From Spirochaetia bacterium (GTDB taxonomy: Bacteria > Spirochaetota > Spirochaetia > DSM-27196 > Salinispiraceae), in assembly GCA_038204425.1 (NCBI GenBank), contig JBBRCZ010000001.1:416001-480000 (forward strand): DNA of 64,000 nt. The letters run 5' to 3'. Positions 9,524-17,974 of this stretch are shown here, in pieces. Both the position numbers and the translations under genes were made by a program. The notes beneath the pieces are model-generated. The model was not told the DNA's origin and made no database searches. It saw nothing but the letters and a program-made list of their open reading frames with translations. Numbering within the stretch: the stretch's first letter is position 1; the number at the start of each line of letters is the position of its first letter.

Positions 9524-10816
9524 TTATGATACTCCAAAAACAAAGAATCTCAAGACCACGTAAACTGTGGCGAGTGCTAAACTAATCATGGTAATGGGAA
9601 AACCAAACTTAAGGAACTCTACAAAGGAAAGATTCATGCCGTTTTTTCGTGCAATACCTGCAGCAACAACGTTAGCACTAGAACCTATCAACGTCCCGTT
9701 GCCGCCCAGACAAGCTCCCAAACTAAGTGTCCACCACAATGGCGCAATAGCCGCGGCTCCCATCACCGTTCCCATACTCTGTAAGAGCGGTATCATGGTC
9801 GCAACAAAGGGTATGTTGTCAACAAAGGCACTAAAAATTCCAGCAAACCACATTAAAGACACCGTAGTTATCAGCAGATCTCCACCAGTCAAGCCAATGA
9901 AACCCTGTGCAAGAATCTTTATAACACCCAGCTGCTCCAGTCCTTGCACCATGACAAAGAGTCCTATAAAGAAGAATATGGTGCCCCACTCGACTTCATG
10001 AAAGAATTCATCAATGTCATGTCGTTCGGTCAAAAGAACCAACAAGAATGCTCCGCCAAGTGCAACAATAGCGGGTTCTACATTAATTAAAGAATGCAGG
10101 GTTAAACCTACAATAACCAAGACTAAAACCACGAGTGACTTGATAAGCAGCCCTTTGTCTGTTATTGATTTTGACTCGTCAAATTCTAAAATGCGCGCGC
10201 GCCTCTCAGTAGAAACCTGCAGCTTTTTTTTATAAAAAAGATAGAGAAAGGCAACATAAGCAATCAAAATAATAACTACTATCGGACCGTTGACCATGAC
10301 AAAATCAAGAAACCCAAGTCCGGTGCTGGAACCAATCATAATATTGGGCGGGTCACCAATCAGCGTAGCAGTTCCTCCAATGTTGGAACTAATTGAGACG
10401 GTGGCCAAATAGAGGATGGGTGGAACCCCCATTTCTACGGCTAACAAAAGTGCAACCGGGCCAAGGATAAGAACTGTGGTAACGTTGTCCAAAATCGCAG
10501 AAAAACCAGCTGTGATGAGCGCCAATAAGACAAGCAGACCTATCGGGTGACCTTTGACCAACTTGGCAGCCTTAATAGCTACATACTGAAACAATCCCGT
10601 TCTTTTAGTGATGCCAACAATCAACATCATCCCAATCAAAACAAAGATAACGTTCCAGTCGATCAGTCCAAGAATATTGTCGCCTTCGACCACATGCAGA
10701 AATACAAATATACAAGCACCCAAGATAGCAGTGATTGTTTTGTTAACTTTCTCGGTAGAAATAAGCACAAAGGAGGCAACAAAAACGCCAGTTGCAACCC
10801 ACATTAACGGTGTCAT
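9524..10816 (-). CDS. ArsB/NhaD (ion transporter superfamily) permease
   Basis: Highly hydrophobic; LDNVTTV, SNIGGTATLIGDPPNIMI, VDNIPFV, LGGNGTLIGSSAN motifs. ATG 10816 preferred as start. Confidence 0.88.
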   Translation of the reverse strand: MTPLMWVATGVFVASFVLISTEKVNKTITAILGACIFVFLHVVEGDNILGLIDWNVIFVLIGMMLIVGITKRTGLFQYVAIKAAKLVKGHPIGLLVLLALITAGFSAILDNVTTVLILGPVALLLAVEMGVPPILYLATVSISSNIGGTATLIGDPPNIMIGSSTGLGFLDFVMVNGPIVVIILIAYVAFLYLFYKKKLQVSTERRARILEFDESKSITDKGLLIKSLVVLVLVIVGLTLHSLINVEPAIVALGGAFLLVLLTERHDIDEFFHEVEWGTIFFFIGLFVMVQGLEQLGVIKILAQGFIGLTGGDLLITTVSLMWFAGIFSAFVDNIPFVATMIPLLQSMGTVMGAAAIAPLWWTLSLGACLGGNGTLIGSSANVVAAGIARKNGMNLSFVEFLKFGFPITMISLALATVYVVLRFFVFGVS

Positions 10817-10913
10817 GCCACTATAAAAGCATGCGCCAGCTTGCCTGCACAAGTCTTTGACGCAATAGTATCAAAAAACAGTGCAAAAAATCGAGCTGAC
10901 CAAATACCTGCAA

Positions 10914-12992
10914 TTAAAGGGTCAAAGTAGATAAAAAGTTTTCATAGCTTTTATTTGCACTTTGCAATAACTGCTCTTCTGCAATTACTTGCTTGTCTAA
11001 GTTGTCTATAGATTTTTCACTTTCAGAAAGGCGTTCCAAATACTGCTTTCCTTGGACACTGTTGTTACCAGCAGCAGTTAAGTTGTTGCGGTATCGTGTT
11101 TGGTCTGCTTCTAAGGCTGTCCGTTGCCTGCGAAGTGTTGCGATTGTACTTTGCTTATCGTCTAGGTTTTGTCTGAGTTTTGCTGCTTGAGCAAGCGCGT
11201 CTTTGATCGACTGCTGCATGGCGGCATTACTCGTGTAGTGTAAGTAGCTAGTGCCGGTACTACGCAGCAATGCAATTGTCTCCGACACAACTTGTCGTTC
11301 TTTTACTAGATAGTCTTTGGCCTCTAGGCCCTTGATGGTCAGCTCAAATCGATAGTGACTTGCGGTTTCTTCTTGCGCCTTGATATCAATCAAGGACCTT
11401 CCTGAAGTTTTTGGGTGTTCTATGATTAAAGTGCTTGGCTCACTAGAAGAATTGTCCAGACGATAGTTACTTGTATAATCATAATTGCGTTGAACTGAAA
11501 GCACGCCGCGGTTTATTGAAAATTTGGTAATACTTTGCCCAGATGACAACTCTGGAATCACTTTGAGCTCACCGTTGACGGCATAGCTAATTAGTCGGAC
11601 TTGTTTGGTACCGAGGGTATCCAATAGAGCATCTCCACCGTACATGCCACCATCAAATATGGTTACTGGTCCTGGGGGCAACTTTACACCGGTTGAATTG
11701 CGCAGTCTCACCGCATTGAGCGGGCTGCCAGCCAACACACTTTGGTTGTAGATTGAGACTTTTTCAGCATCAATGCTGCCTACGTGAAATGCAAGCATGG
11801 CGCTTGAACGGCGAGGTACGTCAACAGCATTTTTGATAACAAAGCTAAAGAGCTCCCCCGCAGCTTTGGCGTTAGCTTGGGATTGGACACCAGTATCTGC
11901 CAAGTTTGCTCTCTCATCAAACGCGTCGAGACCGGGATATTCTTTGGCGGCTTCTCCCGCCATAAGTGCCGACTCAGGCGATGCATATCCGGAAGAGCGC
12001 GAAGCAGCCGGCGCAGTGCGCGAAGCTATCCCCTGATCGTAACGTTGAGGTCTAACCGTTGGCCCTCGGCTAATCTCTATTTGAGGCCTAGCAACATACT
12101 GAGGCGTATAAAGATCTTGGGTAAACGAGATCGGGTTGCCGCTAATCAAAGATAACTTAACTGACTTCCAGTCGCTATCCGAAGTATTTTCTACAATCGC
12201 CCAAGCTTGCAAAAAGGCTTGGGCTTTGGGGCCAGTCTTTGCAAGCTCACTCAAATCCAGGCGATAACTTGCCTTCCACAAGGGCGCCTCGGCCAAGTAG
12301 GAAATCAGAATCCGTCGGCTCCCCTTGCCAAAAAACTTAACTATGACGGTCTTTAGTTCTTTATCACCTTTACTTCGCAACACTTCCAAGGCGCGCTCGA
12401 GTTCAACATTGACTTTGGCATCCACTGCGCGAATTGTACTAATTTCAGAAATGGGAATGGATCGAAAGCCACTATTGGTCAAAAGATTGACAAAAGTCTC
12501 GTTGTAATTTTGCTCGTTTGGTCGCCCGGGGACGGTCCTTTCTTCTAACGACAAGACTTTGCCTGTAATCAGTTCTGGAGCATTAATCTGAAGTTCAAAA
12601 CCTTTAAGCTGCTCCAACATAATGCGCAAACTTGGATTGCCAGAAAGGTCAATCAGGAAGCCCCCCAAAGCCCGTTCGATAGGATCTTGGCTTGGATAAT
12701 TTACTGTTTCTATGCTGCCACCATCCAAATCTCTAAGTACCAGTGATTTTAGAACGTCATTGATTTGATTGGTAGAAAACTGAAACCGCAGTGAAGCATC
12801 ACCGCTAATCGTGCCAGAATGTTCAAAATAGGCAACACCGCTGGTGTAGAGAATTACCCGACTCAAGGGAAGCTGGGCTTCGGCATCAAGTATCGGCTGA
12901 GCACTAAGTCCGGTTAGAGTCCCCAAAAAAGTTAGCGCAAAAAAAACGACATATGAAATCGGCAAATTATTTGATCTTGAAAATGACGACAT
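10914..12992 (-). CDS. Secreted DUF4139/DUF4140-type protein with C-terminal coiled coil
   Basis: Signal peptide; VILYTSGVAYFEH, INDVLKSL, PLWKASYRL, WAIVENTSDSDW, LSLISGNPISF motifs. AGGGAGG RBS before ATG 12992. Confidence 0.75.
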   Translation of the reverse strand: MSSFSRSNNLPISYVVFFALTFLGTLTGLSAQPILDAEAQLPLSRVILYTSGVAYFEHSGTISGDASLRFQFSTNQINDVLKSLVLRDLDGGSIETVNYPSQDPIERALGGFLIDLSGNPSLRIMLEQLKGFELQINAPELITGKVLSLEERTVPGRPNEQNYNETFVNLLTNSGFRSIPISEISTIRAVDAKVNVELERALEVLRSKGDKELKTVIVKFFGKGSRRILISYLAEAPLWKASYRLDLSELAKTGPKAQAFLQAWAIVENTSDSDWKSVKLSLISGNPISFTQDLYTPQYVARPQIEISRGPTVRPQRYDQGIASRTAPAASRSSGYASPESALMAGEAAKEYPGLDAFDERANLADTGVQSQANAKAAGELFSFVIKNAVDVPRRSSAMLAFHVGSIDAEKVSIYNQSVLAGSPLNAVRLRNSTGVKLPPGPVTIFDGGMYGGDALLDTLGTKQVRLISYAVNGELKVIPELSSGQSITKFSINRGVLSVQRNYDYTSNYRLDNSSSEPSTLIIEHPKTSGRSLIDIKAQEETASHYRFELTIKGLEAKDYLVKERQVVSETIALLRSTGTSYLHYTSNAAMQQSIKDALAQAAKLRQNLDDKQSTIATLRRQRTALEADQTRYRNNLTAAGNNSVQGKQYLERLSESEKSIDNLDKQVIAEEQLLQSANKSYENFLSTLTL

Positions 12993-13063
12993 AAAAACCT
13001 CCCTAAACTGCACAAGCACTAAAGTATAGTGTAGAAAGATTATTTGGAAAAGATTATTCGGTT

Positions 13064-13597
13064 TTAGCCGGTTCTAGGCATATATGACCCAGTCTCAGAG
13101 CCTAACTTGGGAAAAGCTCTCAGTTCTTCTTGGGTATATAGGTCAGACAATGGGCTTGGCGATGGCATGTAGTCGCGAGAAATACCAGGCGCGAGCTCGC
13201 GCCTCCAATCAGGTTTGTGGTGATTATCTTCGTATACTATTTTGTTAATTTGAACTTTTTGCTTTAGGCCGTTTTCTTCTTGTTCTTCATAGACACCAAA
13301 ACATCCGGCACCAACGTAGATCAAATCTTGTTCTGGTTTAATGTGTTCTGAGTTTCTCAGAAAATCAACTACGGCGTCAAAGTTTACAGGCTTGCCCGTA
13401 TCTCGGTGTGCTACTGCGATAAAAATATTTTCTATCTCTTTGCCGGACAATGAACAGGGTTCATAGTCTCTTTTAGGAGGTTTTGGCACTTGAGGAAATT
13501 TTTCTGCATAACTCGCGGTACTCAAACTCGGACGTTCTGGTTTTTCGTTGCGCTGAGCTGGCCGGTTTCTCCGACGTGTATCGTGCTGGCGATCCAT
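13064..13597 (-). CDS. Hypothetical protein with Arg-rich disordered N-terminus
   Basis: 177-aa ORF that fills the gap, co-oriented with neighbours. Confidence 0.75.
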   Translation of the reverse strand: MDRQHDTRRRNRPAQRNEKPERPSLSTASYAEKFPQVPKPPKRDYEPCSLSGKEIENIFIAVAHRDTGKPVNFDAVVDFLRNSEHIKPEQDLIYVGAGCFGVYEEQEENGLKQKVQINKIVYEDNHHKPDWRRELAPGISRDYMPSPSPLSDLYTQEELRAFPKLGSETGSYMPRTG

Positions 13598-13666
13598 AAT
13601 TTATACCACTTTACTCAATGACCGTCTAAATCGCAAGCCCCTACGACAAAATACCCTACCGAAGCT

Positions 13667-14449
13667 CTATGATTTCTTGAACAATCTAACGAAGAAGTTC
13701 TTGCTAGGTGATTTTCTGCTCATGGCATGTCGTTCTGCAAAGGACAGGATACTTTCTTCACTTCCCGAAACAAGCAGTATGTCTGCTTTGTCAAAAACGT
13801 AATCCGCTAAAAGTGTTCGGTACTGGTTTGACTCCGCATGTTTGGGATCCAAGTCAAAATGATGCTTTTCTTCGCTTGGATCTTCCAACATACTTGCATT
13901 GTGTTCTGAGCTTCGGGCCGCTATCACGTTTAGTTGCCAGTTTTCTCTAAATTTTGCTTCACGGAGGTTCTTTCCAAGTACTTCTTCTGGAAGTGCAATT
14001 TCTGCAAAAGATAGGCCACTTCCTAGTGGCGTATAAGAAATTAGACCATTATTAATCAACATGGGAACAATTCTTTTAGCAGCTTCGGCAGCTGGAAATA
14101 CTACCTTATCAGCCCCTAAGAGGCTCAGGATTTCTGAATGCTCGGGACTCTTTCCAAGCACCATCACATTTTTAAAGCCTTGACGTTTGAGATAGTGGGT
14201 TAACAAAATACTCGCCTCAGTGTTGTCACCAAGGTCAACCACACAACCATCCAGACTTGCTGGCAAAATTTCTTTTAAAGTTGGCAAGTAGGCAACATCA
14301 GCTACGAATGCAGCAGTAACCCTACTTTTATACTGATTAATTGCATCTTCGTTCTTATCGGCTATCATCAACTCAACTTGTCGGCCAAGCAACTCTTCTA
14401 AAATTGCCTTGCCAAAAGAACCCAATCCCAAAATCGCGTATTGTTTCAT
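13667..14449 (-). CDS. ktrA: KtrA/TrkA-family potassium uptake RCK subunit (single RCK)
   Basis: ILGLGSFG Rossmann motif, LGADKVVFP, TrkA-C region; directly downstream of the KtrB-like gene. Confidence 0.8.
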   Translation of the reverse strand: MKQYAILGLGSFGKAILEELLGRQVELMIADKNEDAINQYKSRVTAAFVADVAYLPTLKEILPASLDGCVVDLGDNTEASILLTHYLKRQGFKNVMVLGKSPEHSEILSLLGADKVVFPAAEAAKRIVPMLINNGLISYTPLGSGLSFAEIALPEEVLGKNLREAKFRENWQLNVIAARSSEHNASMLEDPSEEKHHFDLDPKHAESNQYRTLLADYVFDKADILLVSGSEESILSFAERHAMSRKSPSKNFFVRLFKKS

Positions 14450-15822
14450 CCTAGTAACACATCCTCTCTCGGTACGGTATAGTTTGTGACAATGCTTTTT
14501 TTACTTCTTGGTAGAACAAGGGCAGCTATGCCTACTCTTCCTGCAAACATGGCAACAATGACGAGATATTTCCCTACTGTGCTTAATTCTGTTGTAATTC
14601 CTGTACTCAGTCCAACTGTTGAAAATGCTGAGATTAACTCAAAAAACAGCTTGCTAATCGCAAAAGTTTGTTTGGCAAAGGTGTATTCACTTATACAGAG
14701 AGCCAGAAAAAGTATGAACAAGGCTCCAATCATGCGGACAAACAAAATAGAACTGCGACTGATCATGCTGGCTTGGATGCGGCGATGTCCAATTCGTAAG
14801 TCTCCCGTGGTTTCCAGTCCGCGTACAAGCACTAAGGTCAAAAGCAAAAATGTTACCACCTTGAGTCCGCCAGCTGTTGATCCTGACCCACCTCCAATAA
14901 ACATCAACGCCATAACGATAATTTGCGAGGCTTGTGTTAGGTCTGCAGTAGCAACCGTGTTGAAGCCAGCAGTTCGCGGCGTGGCGGCAGTAAAAAATGC
15001 ATTGGATATCTTAAGACCTACACTATTTTGCCCGTCGGTAAGCAAAGCGCCGTTCCAATCAAACAAACAAATTGCAAGCGTTCCAAGCAGCAAGAGCATC
15101 ACAGTCCCCAAGAGAACCATCTTAGTATAGAGCTGCAGGTGAAGTGTTTTTTTGCTGATACGCTTTCTTATATCATCCATCACTACAAAGCCCAGTCCGC
15201 CGACAATAAAGAGTGCCGCGATAGTCAGAAAGATTCCTGGCATGGTCTTGTAGCGTTCCAAACTATCGTAGTGTACCGAAAAACCGGCATTGCAAAAGGC
15301 GCTTACAGCGTGAAAGATCGCTACAAACAGGCTGTCGCTAGTTGATTGCCCTCTTGCTACGTTGAATGTCGCCAATTGTGGCCAAAGGATAAGTACGCCA
15401 ATCATCTGAACCGCAAAAGTGTACAAAACAATCTTAATTAGTATCTTTTTTGGTTCAAACTCGACGCTTGAAATAAAATAGTCACTAATCAATCTTCGCC
15501 TGCTAATGGAGAAACGCGAGCTTCCACCCGTTAGTGCCAAGGTTGTTATGGTGATAATACCAAGCCCACCCATCTGAATTAGAAACAGGACAACCATGGT
15601 CCCAAAGAAACTGAGGTTTTCTACATTTATAGTAGCGAGGCCGGTCACCGAACTGGCAGAACACGCCATAAAAAGTGCGTCTACAAAGGAAAGCCCTTCC
15701 TTGGCGCGTTCGGCATTCCAAGAGACAGGTAGTAGCAAGAGCAGGCTACCAACACTTACTAAGATTAAAAAATAGGCAAACAGAAAACTGCGTCCACTGG
15801 GAAGGTAATTACTAGTGTTCAT
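14446..15822 (-). CDS. ktrB: KtrB/TrkH-family potassium uptake membrane subunit
   Basis: SASSVTGL, IQMGGLG, SAFCNAGF, TPRTAGFN, STAGGLK, SAFSTVGLSTG, GRVG motifs. Confidence 0.85.
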   Translation of the reverse strand: MNTSNYLPSGRSFLFAYFLILVSVGSLLLLLPVSWNAERAKEGLSFVDALFMACSASSVTGLATINVENLSFFGTMVVLFLIQMGGLGIITITTLALTGGSSRFSISRRRLISDYFISSVEFEPKKILIKIVLYTFAVQMIGVLILWPQLATFNVARGQSTSDSLFVAIFHAVSAFCNAGFSVHYDSLERYKTMPGIFLTIAALFIVGGLGFVVMDDIRKRISKKTLHLQLYTKMVLLGTVMLLLLGTLAICLFDWNGALLTDGQNSVGLKISNAFFTAATPRTAGFNTVATADLTQASQIIVMALMFIGGGSGSTAGGLKVVTFLLLTLVLVRGLETTGDLRIGHRRIQASMISRSSILFVRMIGALFILFLALCISEYTFAKQTFAISKLFFELISAFSTVGLSTGITTELSTVGKYLVIVAMFAGRVGIAALVLPRSKKSIVTNYTVPREDVLLG

Positions 15823-16784
15823 CTTTTTTTTCTATAGTTTCGATCATAAAACACGCCGTCCTCAAAGCCTTGAATTGCAGTATCTTCTCCAGCTCTATCA
15901 AGGCGTTCCCACGCATAACTCAAGTACATAGGATTGATATCGATGCCAATGTAGCGACGACCAAGCTTGCGTGCGACACAAGGAACGGTTCCTGATCCGC
16001 AAAAGGGGTCCAAAACCAGATCGTTTGGACGAGAACTGGCCAGCATTAAGCGCGCCATGAGTTTTTCTGGCTTCTGCGTTGGATGTGGCGTATTTTCTGG
16101 CATAGACCAAAACGGAACAGTTAGGTCAGTCCAGAGGTTGCCGCACGAAGTATCCCTGTATCGCTGGCCCAAATTCTCTTTCCAATCCTTGGCTAATCCA
16201 TCCTTGGTATAAGGCGCTAATACCGTCCGCCTTATTTTGACTGCTTCGGCATCAAAAAAATAATTGGCTCCCTTGGTTAAGAACCAGATATCTTCACTGG
16301 TATTCTTCCAATTTGCTTTGGCTGCACGGCCCTTCTCTCGTTCCCAGGTGATTCGACTACGAACCGAGAACAATTTTTCTGCGGCTAGTGCCAAGGCCGC
16401 AGAAGATCGCCAATCGCCGCAGATGTAGGCACTTCCATCTGGGCTTAGAATGCGACACAACTCTTGCAGCCAAGGTTCAACCCAAGCCTGATAGTCACTT
16501 GAGCTTCGTGCACCAAAATAGACACCATGAAAGTCTTTGTTCATGTTGTAGGGTGGATCGGCAATAATCAATTGAGCTGCTGAATCGGGCAAACAGCGCA
16601 GGGCGTCAAGTACATCTTGGTGTAGTAAAAACCCACCTTGTGGTGACATTAACTTGTCCAGGTCAACTGGGCTCAATGGGCTATCCAAAGTCAGACATCG
16701 ACTTAAATGAAAATGTTGTTCTTGAGAGTTCAAAGCTATGCTACGATTATTAGTAGCCCTATTGCTACCTAAATTGTCAACCAC
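15819..16784 (-). CDS. Orphan N6-adenine/N4-cytosine DNA methyltransferase, beta class (YhdJ/CcrM-like)
   Basis: Motif IV DPPY precedes HPTQKP and motif I VLDPFCGSGT; no restriction nuclease alongside. Confidence 0.9.
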   Translation of the reverse strand: MVDNLGSNRATNNRSIALNSQEQHFHLSRCLTLDSPLSPVDLDKLMSPQGGFLLHQDVLDALRCLPDSAAQLIIADPPYNMNKDFHGVYFGARSSSDYQAWVEPWLQELCRILSPDGSAYICGDWRSSAALALAAEKLFSVRSRITWEREKGRAAKANWKNTSEDIWFLTKGANYFFDAEAVKIRRTVLAPYTKDGLAKDWKENLGQRYRDTSCGNLWTDLTVPFWSMPENTPHPTQKPEKLMARLMLASSRPNDLVLDPFCGSGTVPCVARKLGRRYIGIDINPMYLSYAWERLDRAGEDTAIQGFEDGVFYDRNYRKKR

Positions 16785-16831
16785 GTCTCATACTATCATA
16801 AAGTCTTTTTGCCAGGATAGCGCATCGAGCC

Positions 16832-17545
16832 TCAATCACGCCCTCCAAAATACCCACAAAGCCGGTGGTGCTTGCGCCCGAAACCCTTTTTTCTTTCTAC
16901 CACAAAGCCTGCCTTGCGAAGACCTTGTTTTACTATGCCGGCCGCAGAGTAGCTTGCAAAGCTACTGTGCCCAAGCAAGCTCAACGCAGCTGCTTTAACA
17001 AATACCTGCTCTGTCCACATTGCTGGGTTGAGACTGGGCTTGTGCCCATCAAAAAACCAAGCGTCAATAGTATTGCCTAGACCAAGCTTCTTGGACAGCT
17101 CGTCCAGATAGTCATTAATATCCCCAAAAAAGAGGTGTAAATTGACAACTATGTTTGAACCAAGCACCGTAAATGTTTTATCGTTCCAGCCAGGTTTGAG
17201 GTGCTCATACATCGATTTCCAAGTCTCCAGAAAGGTCTCTTTGATTAAAGTTATTTCTTCAAAAGGTGACAACAAAGCGTTGATGGTCTGGGGACTGAGG
17301 GGATGGGCCTCGACACTATACCATTCGATAGAGCCGGATAGTTGCCAGGCTTCCAACAGAGTCGCCGCTAAGCTTAGACCACTACCAAAACCAGTTTCTG
17401 CGCATCTAACAATGGAACTTTTCGCTATGCGTCCAACTATGTCATTTGGTATAACAAAAACTTGACGCCGCTCGCCCAATCCATCATCCAATGAAAAATA
17501 GCTATCGCAAAAAATGTTATTTATGTTATCTTTGACTCTATGCAT
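16832..17545 (-). CDS. mnmD: tRNA mnm5s2U34 methyltransferase MnmD (stand-alone MnmC methyltransferase domain)
   Basis: DSYFS.DDGL.E..VF, ETGFGSGL, DAWFFDG..P..NPAMW, SYSAAG.V..GL..AGF, GFGRK motifs. Confidence 0.85.
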   Translation of the reverse strand: MHRVKDNINNIFCDSYFSLDDGLGERRQVFVIPNDIVGRIAKSSIVRCAETGFGSGLSLAATLLEAWQLSGSIEWYSVEAHPLSPQTINALLSPFEEITLIKETFLETWKSMYEHLKPGWNDKTFTVLGSNIVVNLHLFFGDINDYLDELSKKLGLGNTIDAWFFDGHKPSLNPAMWTEQVFVKAAALSLLGHSSFASYSAAGIVKQGLRKAGFVVERKKGFGRKHHRLCGYFGGRD

Positions 17546-17974
17546 GACCAAAAACCTTTAACAAGCAATCATGTAGGAAAATACCGTTCAAGTAAACAAC
17601 GGGATCAAATTCTAGCATATTTGCGCACCGATCATAACCACCCAAGCGCCATGGCTATATATCAGTCCCTCAAACCAATCATACCTTCACTTAGCTTGGG
17701 AAATCTCTATCGTAACTTGGGTATCCTGACCGAAATGGGATTGATCAGTAAGGTGCAAGCTCCAGACAACGAGGAAGCTCTCTACGATGGCAATTTTTCA
17801 CAACACATCCATTTTTCTTGCCAGGATTGCCATAATCTTTTTGACCTACCGATGCCCGATAGCACTAAGTGGTTGGCAGTCGATGGGCAAAAGTGGTTAA
17901 TAAAATCATCTCAAATCCAATTGAGTGGGAGCTGTCCTACTTGCGCCAAAACGCCGGAAGAAACAAGACCATAA
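17540..17974 (+). CDS. Fur/PerR-family transcriptional regulator
   Basis: SKQR..IL, HPSA..IY, SLGNLYRNL, HIHFSCQDC and C-terminal CPTC zinc motifs. Confidence 0.9.
   Translation: MHDQKPLTSNHVGKYRSSKQRDQILAYLRTDHNHPSAMAIYQSLKPIIPSLSLGNLYRNLGILTEMGLISKVQAPDNEEALYDGNFSQHIHFSCQDCHNLFDLPMPDSTKWLAVDGQKWLIKSSQIQLSGSCPTCAKTPEETRP

Noticed and set aside
14486..15130. 214-aa plus-strand ORF
   Set aside because: Antisense shadow of the hydrophobic ktrB gene with no recognisable motifs; the same applies to 9567-10001, 52301-52768, 54266-54967 and 63419-63925.
15819..17551. Restriction-modification or two-methyltransferase defence system
   Set aside because: The second methyltransferase is a tRNA enzyme (MnmD) and no nuclease gene is adjacent.
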